Shown one piece after another: positions 1 through 9,628 of a stretch of 64,000 nt of DNA. The stretch's first letter is position 1. Each line of letters opens with the position of its first letter. The notes under the pieces are model-generated. The model saw only the letters and a program-made list of their open reading frames with translations. It had not been told where the DNA came from and searched no databases. Source of the DNA: an uncultured Pseudomonadota bacterium (GTDB lineage: Bacteria > Babelota > Babeliae > Babelales > JAUPTZ01); assembly GCA_964429275.1 (NCBI GenBank), contig CAYSBJ010000001.1:124001-188000 (forward strand), given 5' to 3'. Both the position numbers and the translations under genes were made by a program.

Positions 1-2
1 TT

Positions 3-350
3 TTAGATACACTCAAGAGCAACCTGCCTGGCGAAGGCCACCATTTGAGTGATAACCAGCCGCTTGGCCAATGCTCGCTCGCAGTACGAACACTTATTCC
101 TGATGATCAGCGTTGCTGGCGCTACAAAGGTTCCCTGACATCAGCTCCATACTCTCCAGTGTACTGGTGTGTTGTACGTAAAAAAACAAGCATAACCGAG
201 AGTGATCTTAATACCTTATTCACTGCAATGAAGGTGAACACTCGACCAGTCCAAAATCTTGAGAACCGCTCGGTTATATTTGATACGACTCTTGGTAGCA
301 GCACAAAAGGGCAGGACAACAGCTCAATGAAAGCGAATCGCTCGAGATAA
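3..350 (+). CDS. Alpha-carbonic anhydrase-like protein, C-terminal part (5' truncated by window edge)
   Basis: Frame is open from position 3. WRYKGSLTSAPYSPVYW and NTRPVQNLENR resemble the alpha-CA C-terminal motifs Y.GSLTTPPC..V.W and N.RP.QPLN.R. Confidence 0.75.
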   Translation, partial: LDTLKSNLPGEGHHLSDNQPLGQCSLAVRTLIPDDQRCWRYKGSLTSAPYSPVYWCVVRKKTSITESDLNTLFTAMKVNTRPVQNLENRSVIFDTTLGSSTKGQDNSSMKANRSR

Positions 351-432
351 AAAATAACAGCCTATTTAACTCGGTTTGGATCCTGCATAAAGCGCGTCAG
401 GCTCGAATTAATGCAAGAGAAAGACTTCTCAT

Positions 433-482
433 ATACTCCCTGTTTGTTTTAGAACTAAAACAAGCAGGGAGTATTGTTTTTA
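433..482 (+). terminator. Intrinsic terminator hairpin
   Basis: 20-bp inverted repeat atactccctgtttgttttag (433-452) / ctaaaacaagcagggagtat (455-474) with one G-U pair, followed by tgtttttatt. Confidence 0.75.
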
Positions 483-606
483 TTATGGTAAAGTTGTGAC
501 AATAGCACGCTTCCGCTACACGGCAAAAAACTCCACTAGGTCCCCCGCAATTTTTTCGCTATACTACCTGCCTGTAATTTAAAAATCATAATTCCCAGGA
601 CCCTTT

Positions 607-1521
607 ATGAACGGCACCATCCTTCTCTACTACAAATATGTAGCCATCGAACACCCAGACCAAGTTATGAAATGGATTCGCCCCCTCTGCGAACGCTTAA
701 ACCTCAAAGGGCGCATTCTTATCGGCACAGAAGGCATCAACGGCACGGTCGGCGGCAGCGTCGATGAGATCGAGCAGTTCAAAAAAGAATTCTTAGCCAA
801 TCCTCTTTTCGCTGGAACCGACCTGAAGGAAAGCGCTGGTTCTGCAAGGCATTTTCCCCGATTGATGGTAAAAGTAAAGAAAGAAATAGTGGCTCTTGGG
901 ATTGATCCAGAAGCGCTAACGGTGAAAGACACAGGAACCCATCTTTCGCCAGACGAAGTTCATGAGCTCATTAAGACCAATAAAGAACTTGTTATTCTTG
1001 ATACCCGCAATGATTATGAGTCGCGCATTGGTAAGTTTACCAACGCCATAACTCCAGACCTCAAAACATTCAGAGATTTCCCTGCATACATCGAAGACAA
1101 TCTTGAAACATTCAAAGATAAAGAAGTCCTTATGTATTGCACCGGCGGAATCCGATGCGAACGAGCTACAGCAGTACTAAATGTGAAGAAAGTAGCCAAA
1201 AAAGTTTATCAAATAAATGGTGGTATATGCCGCTACGTCGAAAAGTACCCAGACGGGTTTTTTCGCGGTAAAAACTACGTATTTGATGATCGAATTGCAC
1301 TCACAGTAAATGATGACATCCTCACCAATTGCGACGTTTGCCAAAAACCAGCCGATACGTACACCAATTGCATCAACACCCTCTGCAACAAGCAATTTAT
1401 TGCCTGCGCGACTTGTCGTGAGACCCATGACTATACTTGCTCACAAAACTGTCTTGACGGTATTTTACGCGGTATCGCAAAACCTCGTAAAAATAAAGTT
1501 GGTGTTATTGCTTCCCTCTAA
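607..1521 (+). CDS. trhO: Rhodanese-domain tRNA uridine(34) hydroxylase (UPF0176/YceA)
   Basis: LLYYKY, LKGRILIGTEGINGT, LDTRNDYE, MYCTGGIRCE, GKNYVFD motifs and a C-terminal Cys cluster. Confidence 0.9.
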   Translation: MNGTILLYYKYVAIEHPDQVMKWIRPLCERLNLKGRILIGTEGINGTVGGSVDEIEQFKKEFLANPLFAGTDLKESAGSARHFPRLMVKVKKEIVALGIDPEALTVKDTGTHLSPDEVHELIKTNKELVILDTRNDYESRIGKFTNAITPDLKTFRDFPAYIEDNLETFKDKEVLMYCTGGIRCERATAVLNVKKVAKKVYQINGGICRYVEKYPDGFFRGKNYVFDDRIALTVNDDILTNCDVCQKPADTYTNCINTLCNKQFIACATCRETHDYTCSQNCLDGILRGIAKPRKNKVGVIASL

Positions 1522-1605
1522 AACCACATAAATATTGTTTTTACCCTGAGCATGTCTATATCTTTTTAGCAAAAGTAACTTACGATTTTTGCTAGAAAGG
1601 CCCGC

Positions 1606-2283
1606 ATGCTCATTTTTTTGCTTTGTACATTTTTACTGGCCAACAACACGATTATAAACGGCTTTGGCTATTCGCAACGCAGACCAGTAGTGCAAAAAAC
1701 AGTCGCTGCCCCCGCACAACCAGCAGCCCCAGTAACGCCAACTTTTGCACAATTGCAAGCGGAATTCGAAGAAAAAACAAGCGGTCCATCAGAAATGGGA
1801 AACACCGTCCTCAAGGGCCTTGCCTCTTTCTATGCAAGCATAGCTCAATTATTGGCGCAACAACGCAGCGCTGATTGGAAAGGCTATTTTTCTAGCGGTG
1901 CCGGCACAAACGCTCTTGGCAGCCTCTCGAGCCGCATACAAGAAGCAAACGCACTTATAAGCGCGCTGTCAACGCAAAAACCTACCGCGGCCTCGGGAAC
2001 AATTACCCCACTTGATACTGTTGAGCAAAGGCAACGAAAGAGCAAGGCAATTGAAAAATATTCGTCTGCTGCTCAAGATTTTTCCAACATTGCGCAAGAA
2101 ATTGGCATACAAGGACAGCTGCCACCGGTTACACCAGCAACACCGCCAGCAAACAGCACTACAACAACAGGGCAATCTCAGGCGGTCGCTACAACAAAAA
2201 TGGCCCCGCCGGCTGCATCAAGCACACCGCAGGGCCAAATTGTTACCACATTGGATCCCAACCAAGATCCTGATGCAGTCTAA
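1606..2283 (+). CDS. Hypothetical exported protein, A/P/Q/T-rich
   Basis: 225-aa ORF with hydrophobic N-terminus and low-complexity flanks; stop overlaps the infB stop by 4 bp. Confidence 0.7.
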   Translation: MLIFLLCTFLLANNTIINGFGYSQRRPVVQKTVAAPAQPAAPVTPTFAQLQAEFEEKTSGPSEMGNTVLKGLASFYASIAQLLAQQRSADWKGYFSSGAGTNALGSLSSRIQEANALISALSTQKPTAASGTITPLDTVEQRQRKSKAIEKYSSAAQDFSNIAQEIGIQGQLPPVTPATPPANSTTTTGQSQAVATTKMAPPAASSTPQGQIVTTLDPNQDPDAV

Positions 2284-4574
2284 GCTTCTTCTTGCTGATG
2301 AGTAAAAATCGTTATGCGATCCCCAACTGCCCAGTCATGGAATGAGTCTGTTAATAAACCACAATCGTTTCCTGCAAATATTTCTTTTGCTTCTTTACGG
2401 TCACGCTGCAAGGTTACCACTTTGCCACTTCCTACTTCTTGACGAGAGCGAATACAAACTACCTTGTCACCAATACGCAGAATACCTTCTTTGATCATAC
2501 AGCCAGCAATCACTTTGTGTCCCTTAATAGGGAATACTTTGAGTATTTCTGCTTTTCCAGCTTCAACCAAATGTACGATTTTACGACGCTCAGCCTTTAT
2601 CATTCCTTCGATTTGCTCAAAAAGATGATAAATAATATCGTGTAAGACTATCTCCACACGTTTTTCTTTTGCCATTGCTTGTGCATTTTTATCCGCACGA
2701 ACATGGAGGCCAAAAAGCATAGCGCCAGTATCTGCCGCACGGATCACATCATTTTCACTGATTGGGCCGACCTCACAAGAAAGCAATTCGATACGAATTG
2801 ATTTATTCTTGTCGTTATGTTCCATTTTAGAAATTGCGTCAATAATCGCTTGGCAAGAGCCTTGCATATCAGCCTTAAACATAAGACGTAAACTTGGCGC
2901 AGCTTCACCCTTGTTTGCAGCAAGTACTGAAGAGGACGATATTGTCGCAGGCTTACGGTTGTGCGCATTGGCACGCGCTTCTTGATATTGTTCAGCCGAA
3001 ACAACTTCAAGATAATCCCCTAATCCATGTGCTTCATCAAACCCAACAATTTGAACTGGAATCGATGGCCCTACCGCATCCACAAATGCCCCAAAACTAT
3101 CGATAAGCAATCGAACCTTGCCGGTAGTCTGACCGCAGATAAAGTAATCACCGCGGCGCAATGTACCCTCACGACAAATAACAGTTACTGCAAGACCATG
3201 GCCCTTTAGTTGCCGCGTTTCAAGAACAAAGGCGCGTGCGGGTATTTTTGTCGTTGTTTTAAGATCGAGCATGTCGGCCATAAGACCAAGCATATCGAGA
3301 AGATCATCAACTCCTTGTCCTGTCTTAGCAGAGATTTTCACGCACACAGTGTCCCCGCCCCATTCTTCAGGAGTCAAGCCATGCTGTGCCAGTTGCCCAC
3401 GCAGCGTTTCAAGTTGCGCTTCAGAGTCCAATTTATCAATTTTGTTAATAGCTACAACAATCGGAACGCCAGCTTGCTTTGCCAGATTAATTGCTTCGAC
3501 AGTTTGCGGCTTTATACCGTCATTAACCGCTACAATAATAACCGCAATATCAGTAATGCGAGTCCCACGAGTCCGCATAGCAGAAAACGCTTCGTGACCA
3601 GGCGTATCAAGGAAAATAGAATTGCGTTTACCAGTTTTTACTTCATAAGCGCTCAAGTGCTGCGTAATACCGCCCTTCTCCTTAGCAACGACATTTGTCT
3701 TGCGTAAGTAATCAAGCAGCGTTGTCTTGCCGTGGTCAACGTGACCCATTACGACAACAACAGGCAAGCGCTGCTCACTATGATCGTCTTTAGAGTTTGT
3801 TTTTTTGTCAGCAGCTACTGACACCGCATGCTTTTGCGTTGGCGCATCTTCAAGGACAAGTAATATGCTAAACGCTTCACACAAAAGCTTCATGTCGGCA
3901 ATCGTTAAAATTGCGTGCACGTTCTTTGCTATACCGTTTTTAAGCAACACAAAAATAACTTCGCCAATCGGTTTCTTCATCAAAGCAGCAAAATCAACCA
4001 GTGGCATGTCGCCAGAAGCCGCAACACACTCAACCAACGGCGGAGTTATAACGGTTTCACGATTGGTACGGCTTTGTTGTTGGACCGTCGTGGCTTCGGT
4101 ATCAGCATCATCTTTTTCTTTTTTATTGGATCGTTTTTTAGGCGCGACACCTTTTTTAGTGCTTGTTTTTTTGTCTACAAGCGCTGTTGCTGCAGGCGTG
4201 GCTTCAGGCCGACCGCCAACAGCTCCTGCTGGCCTGCGCCAAACGCCACGCTTGTCGTCTGCGCCTCCATCAGGACGAACCTCGCCAGTTGAAGATGGAG
4301 ATGAAGAAGATAGCGGTCGCGGGCTTCGTGGCACATAAGGGCCAGAGCCGGCAGGCCGCGGCGGACGTGGTCCTCGGGGAGCACCATCGTTGCTACCAAA
4401 TCGCGGTCCTCGTGACCGCGCGCTTTCGCCGCCAATAGTTCGATTCAACAACGCAGTCATATCAGTAGATAGATCAGAGTTCTGATCCGCCACTTGATGG
4501 CCATTTTGGCGTAAGGTATCTACAACGTCTTTAGGTGATAAATTATGCTCTTTTGCATACTCGCTTATACGCAT
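2280..4574 (-). CDS. infB: Translation initiation factor IF-2
   Basis: GHVDHGKTT, GGITQH, DTPGHEAF, NKID motifs; directly downstream of nusA. Confidence 0.97.
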   Translation of the reverse strand: MRISEYAKEHNLSPKDVVDTLRQNGHQVADQNSDLSTDMTALLNRTIGGESARSRGPRFGSNDGAPRGPRPPRPAGSGPYVPRSPRPLSSSSPSSTGEVRPDGGADDKRGVWRRPAGAVGGRPEATPAATALVDKKTSTKKGVAPKKRSNKKEKDDADTEATTVQQQSRTNRETVITPPLVECVAASGDMPLVDFAALMKKPIGEVIFVLLKNGIAKNVHAILTIADMKLLCEAFSILLVLEDAPTQKHAVSVAADKKTNSKDDHSEQRLPVVVVMGHVDHGKTTLLDYLRKTNVVAKEKGGITQHLSAYEVKTGKRNSIFLDTPGHEAFSAMRTRGTRITDIAVIIVAVNDGIKPQTVEAINLAKQAGVPIVVAINKIDKLDSEAQLETLRGQLAQHGLTPEEWGGDTVCVKISAKTGQGVDDLLDMLGLMADMLDLKTTTKIPARAFVLETRQLKGHGLAVTVICREGTLRRGDYFICGQTTGKVRLLIDSFGAFVDAVGPSIPVQIVGFDEAHGLGDYLEVVSAEQYQEARANAHNRKPATISSSSVLAANKGEAAPSLRLMFKADMQGSCQAIIDAISKMEHNDKNKSIRIELLSCEVGPISENDVIRAADTGAMLFGLHVRADKNAQAMAKEKRVEIVLHDIIYHLFEQIEGMIKAERRKIVHLVEAGKAEILKVFPIKGHKVIAGCMIKEGILRIGDKVVCIRSRQEVGSGKVVTLQRDRKEAKEIFAGNDCGLLTDSFHDWAVGDRITIFTHQQEEA

Positions 4575-4583
4575 ATCGTATGG

Positions 4584-5678
4584 CTACTCCTCTGTACTTT
4601 TCTCTGATTCTTCTGAGAGTGCGCCCAAGTCAACATCAGCCGCCCCCGCTTTTTTCTGCGACCCATCTTCCTGCAGCTGCACGTGCAGACCGGTCAAGCG
4701 AGAAACAAGAGCGATATTTTGCCCCTGCTTACCAATCGCAAACGATCGCTGGTCTTGCGCCAGCCATACCGTTGCGCGCCCAGCTTCCTCATCAACTACT
4801 ACACGGTCGATTTCGGCTGGCTTAAGCGCTTGAGCAACCAATTGCTCAAGATCATCAGTAGCCTCAATAAGGTCTACTTTTTCTTGGCCCAATTCTTTCA
4901 AGATTGGGCGTATACGGACCCCGCCAATACCAACACAAGTACCAACTGGATCGATTTCTTTACTATTCGAGGAAACAACAACCTTGGACTTATACCCAGG
5001 AACGCGGACTACTTGCTGAATCTCCACTACCCCTTCAAAAATCTCAGGAATCTCAAGCTCTAAAAGCTTTTGAACAAATTGGCTTGAGGCTCGATCTAAA
5101 ATCAATTGATGATCAGCACGAGCGGTTGGCAACACATCCTTAAGCAAGGCGCGCATCGGGTAGCCTACCCGTAAATTTTCGCCCGGCACAGTACAGGATT
5201 TTGGCAAGAAAGCCATTGTTTCGCCCATCTTGACCACATATCCAGCGCGCTCTTTCTTGTGAATGCGGCCATTAATGATCGTCCCAGCTTTTTCTTTAAA
5301 TTCTTCGTAAATCGCTTGCTGCTCTACACCGCGAATTCCGCCCGCAATAAACTGTCGAGCTGCAGACATCTCAATCCGGCCCACAGCACCTGCAAACGTA
5401 TCAAGAACTACACTGCCAATCGTCGCTTCAGGATCAAGGATCCTTGCTTTGCGCAATGTGATTTCATTGTCGCCCTTGGCGTCAGATGCATCAACGACGG
5501 TCTTTTCGACCAAAACCTCTACCTGGCCGGTCTTAGTATTATACCGAGCCTGAAAAGAGAGATTAGGGTATTTTTTACGATAGGCAGTCAAAACACCATC
5601 ACGAATAACCGCAACGACCTTCTCCCTATCAAGGTTTCGTTCCTCAAGTAAGGACTCAATGACTTCAGCAAGATTCAC
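4584..5678 (-). CDS. nusA: Transcription termination/antitermination factor NusA
   Basis: LELEIPEI, IDPVGTCVGIGGVRI, AIGKQGQNI motifs. Likely GTG start at 5678 with a GGAG RBS upstream. Confidence 0.95.
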   Translation of the reverse strand: MNLAEVIESLLEERNLDREKVVAVIRDGVLTAYRKKYPNLSFQARYNTKTGQVEVLVEKTVVDASDAKGDNEITLRKARILDPEATIGSVVLDTFAGAVGRIEMSAARQFIAGGIRGVEQQAIYEEFKEKAGTIINGRIHKKERAGYVVKMGETMAFLPKSCTVPGENLRVGYPMRALLKDVLPTARADHQLILDRASSQFVQKLLELEIPEIFEGVVEIQQVVRVPGYKSKVVVSSNSKEIDPVGTCVGIGGVRIRPILKELGQEKVDLIEATDDLEQLVAQALKPAEIDRVVVDEEAGRATVWLAQDQRSFAIGKQGQNIALVSRLTGLHVQLQEDGSQKKAGAADVDLGALSEESEKSTEE

Positions 5679-5699
5679 GCTATAAACTCCAATACGCTT

Positions 5700-5736
5700 A
5701 AAGAAAAATCCGGGGAAAATGATTAACATCCCCGGA
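5700..5736 (-). terminator. Terminator/attenuator hairpin in the nusA leader
   Basis: Perfect 8-bp stem tccgggga (5709-5716) / tccccgga (5729-5736); on the minus strand it is followed by TTTTTCTTT just before the nusA RBS. Confidence 0.6.
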
Positions 5737-5770
5737 GGTTCAGATACCAGCACGCTTTGTTATGGGTACT

Positions 5771-5798
5771 AGTCTACCGATTTTGCACAGAAAGTGAA
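5771..5798 (-). promoter_or_regulatory. Putative sigma70 promoter for nusA-infB
   Basis: Minus strand TTCACT-16nt-TAGACT. Confidence 0.35.
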
Positions 5799-5839
5799 GC
5801 AACCGGTTTTTTAGCCCCTTAAGCCAGGACCTATTACTT

Positions 5840-6140
5840 CTTTTTATCACATGTTTATAGATTAATAATAATAAGGGAAGCGTTTTTTGTGGATAACTTC
5901 GCCAAAAGCTGCAAAAAAACCAATTAAATAGCCGATTTTGTTTTGGTCCTGGAATGTGGATAACTTGTGGATTCGTGTGGATAACTTGTGGATATCTTTT
6001 GCTTGTCCTTTGGATCGCCGCTCCAGGAGGCTCTTTTCAGAGGTGTGCGCTGTATCTTGCGATCTGCAGGCGCGATCCGAGCTTTGTCCACAGTGATTCC
6101 ACGGGGAATCCACAAGTTATCCACAGAGTTATCCACATTC
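5840..6140. other. oriC: Chromosomal replication origin (oriC)
   Basis: Perfect DnaA boxes at 5888-5896, 5955-5963, 5976-5984 (TGTGGATAA) and 6117-6125, 6129-6137 (TTATCCACA). Degenerate boxes at 5966, 5987, 6084, 6095, 6106. AT-rich/TAT-repeat element at ~5855-5873. Spot-checked GC skew changes sign here. Confidence 0.88.
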
Positions 6141-6205
6141 TCCAGCCAAACCTCTTGTTGTTACAAATGAGCCAGGTTTGAGGGGGCTCGATGTGCTTGC
6201 TCCGA

Positions 6206-6847
6206 TTATTTGGCGTCCAAAAATGCGATAAGACGAACGAAGTCGGCAACGACGGTGTCTTTGGCTGGCGGGTTTCTTAATAGATAAGCAGGGTGATAGG
6301 TGGGCATTATGGCAAAGTATTCTGTCTGTATGATTTGGCCGCGAATTGACGAAAGGCTTTGGGTATGATCCAAAAAGGCGTTGGTTGCGGTCGCTCCGAG
6401 GGTGCAAATAATTCGTGGCTTAATGATGCTAATTTCCCGCAATAGGAGAAGGCTTATGCAGGTGCCGCTTTCTTGGGGCAACGGTTGTCTATTTTCTGGT
6501 GGGCGGCAGCGCGCTGTGTTGGCGATATATATTTTATCCCGCGTAAGGCCGAGCCCATCCATCATTCCAGTGAGAAGTCGTCCCGATCGGCCAACAAAGG
6601 GCCGGCCAAGTGCGTCTTCTTCTCTTCCTGGAGCTTCGCCAATAAAGATTGCAGGGGCGGTGGGGCATCCTTCGCCAAACACCACTTGTGAGCGCCCTTG
6701 CGTGCCGAGTGGGCAGCGCTGACAGTTTTTGTAGTATTCGTACAGTCGCTTGAGGCGATCGCCTGGTGGGGCATCTTGGTGCTCGTGGGGTTGTGTGAAA
6801 AGTTGTTTAAGCCGCGCTGCGACTTCTGGTTTTAAGGAGAGAGTCAA
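6206..6847 (-). CDS. Uracil-DNA glycosylase family 4 (Fe-S cluster type)
   Basis: CQRCPL, FIGEAPG, GRPFVGRSG, CRPPENR, TYHPAYLLRNP. Confidence 0.92.
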   Translation of the reverse strand: MTLSLKPEVAARLKQLFTQPHEHQDAPPGDRLKRLYEYYKNCQRCPLGTQGRSQVVFGEGCPTAPAIFIGEAPGREEDALGRPFVGRSGRLLTGMMDGLGLTRDKIYIANTARCRPPENRQPLPQESGTCISLLLLREISIIKPRIICTLGATATNAFLDHTQSLSSIRGQIIQTEYFAIMPTYHPAYLLRNPPAKDTVVADFVRLIAFLDAK

Positions 6848-6924
6848 TTGCTGCCTTCCGAGTCTTTGTTGCGATTGTGAGGTCGCAATTCTACCACACT
6901 ACAAAAGAAAGGCAGAGCGCAAAA

Positions 6925-8379
6925 TCAACGTAGATTGAGATACTCTTTCAAAAATGGCACCCAGCGCGTTTTTTGAGCGAACGCCGTTTTGTGGAGGGAT
7001 GGATGAATAACGCGTAATGGGAATGAGATTGATATCCCGCGCGAGAGTATCGGGTTGCCGGCAAACGCAGGGCCGGCTGTGTAGCATGGCACTACTTTGT
7101 AGAGGATTTCGAGTGTTTGTACACAGCGAGTCACCGCATCTTGCATTTTTTTGGTGGTTTCAGGGTAATTATTGCGGAAATTATTTAAATTAAGCGCCTG
7201 GCGCAGGCCATTTTGTATGCTTATTAAAAAGAGGTGTAAATCGATGTATTCGTTGAAATAGAAGTCGCAGAATTGATTTTTTTTCTTACGAGCGTCGGTT
7301 ATTACTTGCCGAACAAGATTGGTTTGCGGGCCCTTTAAGAGGGTGGTTAATTTATCAGCAACATCACTGAGTCCTTGCTCTAGCAGATCAAAATACGTAG
7401 ATTGTCCGCTTTGTGGCTTTGTCGCAAGATCGTAGATGGCAAGTGTGTAATCGGGGAGCATGTTCATATACTCTTCTCGATAGGCATTGACTATGTCTGT
7501 GGAAAATTCAAGCGCAGTGCGTGGTTCCTTTGCGACTTTTTCAAAGGCACGTGAGTAATTCCATCCATACGCAATTTCCACTTCTTGAGACGCAATGACG
7601 TAACTTACGAGCCCTTTTACCTGAGCCGCGATTTCAATTTGCCCACAACAGCAAACATCGAGGCCGAGTATATCGATTGGGTCTCCATTTAAACATGTGC
7701 GCGAAATAGTACTGAAAGCTTGCGTGAGGTCTTGATTTGAGAGGTAGTAGCCATAGCTGTCGTTAAACGCTATGCCCCGACTATTTGGGATGATGGAGTC
7801 AGTGTTGGGGTTGCGCCAGCCGCTTGGATCTATTGCGCCGGAGCCGTGATTCCATATAATAACGCATTGCTTCTTCGCCTTAAATTTCTGCATGCCGGTC
7901 TGGAGGAAATCAGTGAAATTTTGTACTGAACCGCTGTTGTAAAGTTCTGGATGTGCGTTTCGTTCGGCCTGAGCAATGGATGAGGCGCGCCAGTAAGTCG
8001 CAAGGGCTCCTTTCTGTACAAGTGAACGCGTGACTTCGCGGGTGCCAAACTTGTCGACTTGTATGATGATGTTGATTTTGTCATTAGAGCCAATACGCAT
8101 GGTTTGTTGAATATTTGCTTCTAAGAATTTGTGGAGATTGTTGTTTCCAGCAATGTAGATGAAAATATTCCATTCTTTGATGCTGTTTATATCGCGGTAA
8201 GGAACTTCGTGGGGTGTTGCCGGAGTGATAATTCTGCTGACAGGTGTTGATCGCGCGCTTGGATTGTTCGTATTTTGTGAGCTCGGGTGCAACCCGGTTT
8301 TTGCGCTGCAGCAGAGCGTTACGCTGCAAAATGCTACGAAGAGACGGAAATAAGTGAAAAAGCTATGAAGCATACACAT
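6925..8379 (-). CDS. Clostripain-family (C11) cysteine peptidase with signal peptide
   Basis: EWNIFIYIAGNNNL, IIWNHGSG (catalytic His), DILGLDVC (catalytic Cys), ASQEVE, GISISFP. Confidence 0.85.
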   Translation of the reverse strand: MCMLHSFFTYFRLFVAFCSVTLCCSAKTGLHPSSQNTNNPSARSTPVSRIITPATPHEVPYRDINSIKEWNIFIYIAGNNNLHKFLEANIQQTMRIGSNDKINIIIQVDKFGTREVTRSLVQKGALATYWRASSIAQAERNAHPELYNSGSVQNFTDFLQTGMQKFKAKKQCVIIWNHGSGAIDPSGWRNPNTDSIIPNSRGIAFNDSYGYYLSNQDLTQAFSTISRTCLNGDPIDILGLDVCCCGQIEIAAQVKGLVSYVIASQEVEIAYGWNYSRAFEKVAKEPRTALEFSTDIVNAYREEYMNMLPDYTLAIYDLATKPQSGQSTYFDLLEQGLSDVADKLTTLLKGPQTNLVRQVITDARKKKNQFCDFYFNEYIDLHLFLISIQNGLRQALNLNNFRNNYPETTKKMQDAVTRCVQTLEILYKVVPCYTAGPAFAGNPILSRGISISFPLRVIHPSLHKTAFAQKTRWVPFLKEYLNLR

Positions 8380-8413
8380 CCTTACGCAAAAAAAGAGGGG
8401 CTTTGTGTATACC

Positions 8414-9619
8414 TTATTTTTTTTTATTGACGCAAGAAGACAGCAGAAACGGTTGCTGTTTGTAGTGCCCGTAGAGCATTAAAATCATTGTTAAAAAGAA
8501 GCTGAGCTGAAAATCAAGGCATTCAGCTTGCCATGGATTGTACAGTAAAATAGCGAGCGCAAGATGTATGAGTCCAAAAATAGGGGATGCAGCATTACTG
8601 GAAAGCCAGCCGCCTAAATAAAAAAACCAAAGCCACAGGGACCGATTAAACGATATGCTTGCCCAGGATAGATGGTCGTAGACAAAAAGAATGATACTTA
8701 AGACAATTGCCTTTAATGGGAAAGGAATAGGGATGAAGCGCAAAACCCCGGCCCATAGCGAAATGAGCAATGATATATGAAGGCCTGATCGCGCAAGGTA
8801 ATGGGTGAGCCCCCATCGGGTGAATTTTGCACGAATATCCAAAAAGTCTTCACGGTCTTTGTTGCCGAAAAAAAGCGCTGAGAAATATGTGAATACTTTG
8901 TCAGGGAGCAATGATTTTATATAGGTGTAGAGTTGTTCGCGCCAGCTATGCCACCAGGCGATCCAGATGCCATAATATGTTTTTTCTGGTAATTTGCGTG
9001 CATATACATAAGGAGTGAAACAGATTCCAATTTGATGGTCACGTAGCGCGTAGGGAAGGAGTTTTTCTTTGTTGGCATCGGCAGAGGCGGTCACTTTAAA
9101 AAACACTGCTGAATCACCCACTGCAAGCGATGGTGCAATGTACGCAAAAAACTTGAAAATTCCCGAAGCCGGGGCATAATCGATATGACTAAGGCTTACC
9201 GTTACTACAGCGCCATTTTCTGTTGCGAGCCATTTTTTTTGATCGATAATTAGCCCATGAAGTGTGTGCGCATTGTGTTTAAGAAGCTCTCTTTTTTCAT
9301 TGAAGCGATGATAATCAACCCACAATACTAGTGCTGCGCATAGGGCGCAGGCCATCGCGTGAAGCGTTGGCATATCGTGTCGTCGTGTCGCTAAAAAATA
9401 AACACCGCATAGCGCTCCGATAAGGGGGATGCTATACATGAGAAAGCAGTGATACAGAACGATGCCAGTGATCGTGGCGATCAGCGGCTGGAGCGCCGAG
9501 AGTGGCGTAACCATTGCAAAGGGTCTTTGCGTGTAGATAAAAAGGCTTATAGCAACCAATCCGCCCGCAAAAAGAATTCCCACGGCATGGAGCAAATCAA
9601 AAAAGGGGCAAAAGATCAT
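8414..9619 (-). CDS. comEC: ComEC/Rec2-family competence membrane protein (short form)
   Basis: N-terminal TM helices, OB-like region, GLTHYLARSGLHIS and DFQLSF motifs; no C-terminal metallo-beta-lactamase domain. Confidence 0.85.
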   Translation of the reverse strand: MIFCPFFDLLHAVGILFAGGLVAISLFIYTQRPFAMVTPLSALQPLIATITGIVLYHCFLMYSIPLIGALCGVYFLATRRHDMPTLHAMACALCAALVLWVDYHRFNEKRELLKHNAHTLHGLIIDQKKWLATENGAVVTVSLSHIDYAPASGIFKFFAYIAPSLAVGDSAVFFKVTASADANKEKLLPYALRDHQIGICFTPYVYARKLPEKTYYGIWIAWWHSWREQLYTYIKSLLPDKVFTYFSALFFGNKDREDFLDIRAKFTRWGLTHYLARSGLHISLLISLWAGVLRFIPIPFPLKAIVLSIILFVYDHLSWASISFNRSLWLWFFYLGGWLSSNAASPIFGLIHLALAILLYNPWQAECLDFQLSFFLTMILMLYGHYKQQPFLLSSCVNKKK

Positions 9620-9628
9620 GAGAGCGTC

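Noticed and set aside
5888..6137. Short repeats as a CRISPR array, and the 60-90 aa ORFs across them (IHKLST repeats)
   Set aside because: The repeats are 9-mer DnaA boxes 10-12 bp apart with no spacers or cas genes; the ORFs are by-products of the boxes.
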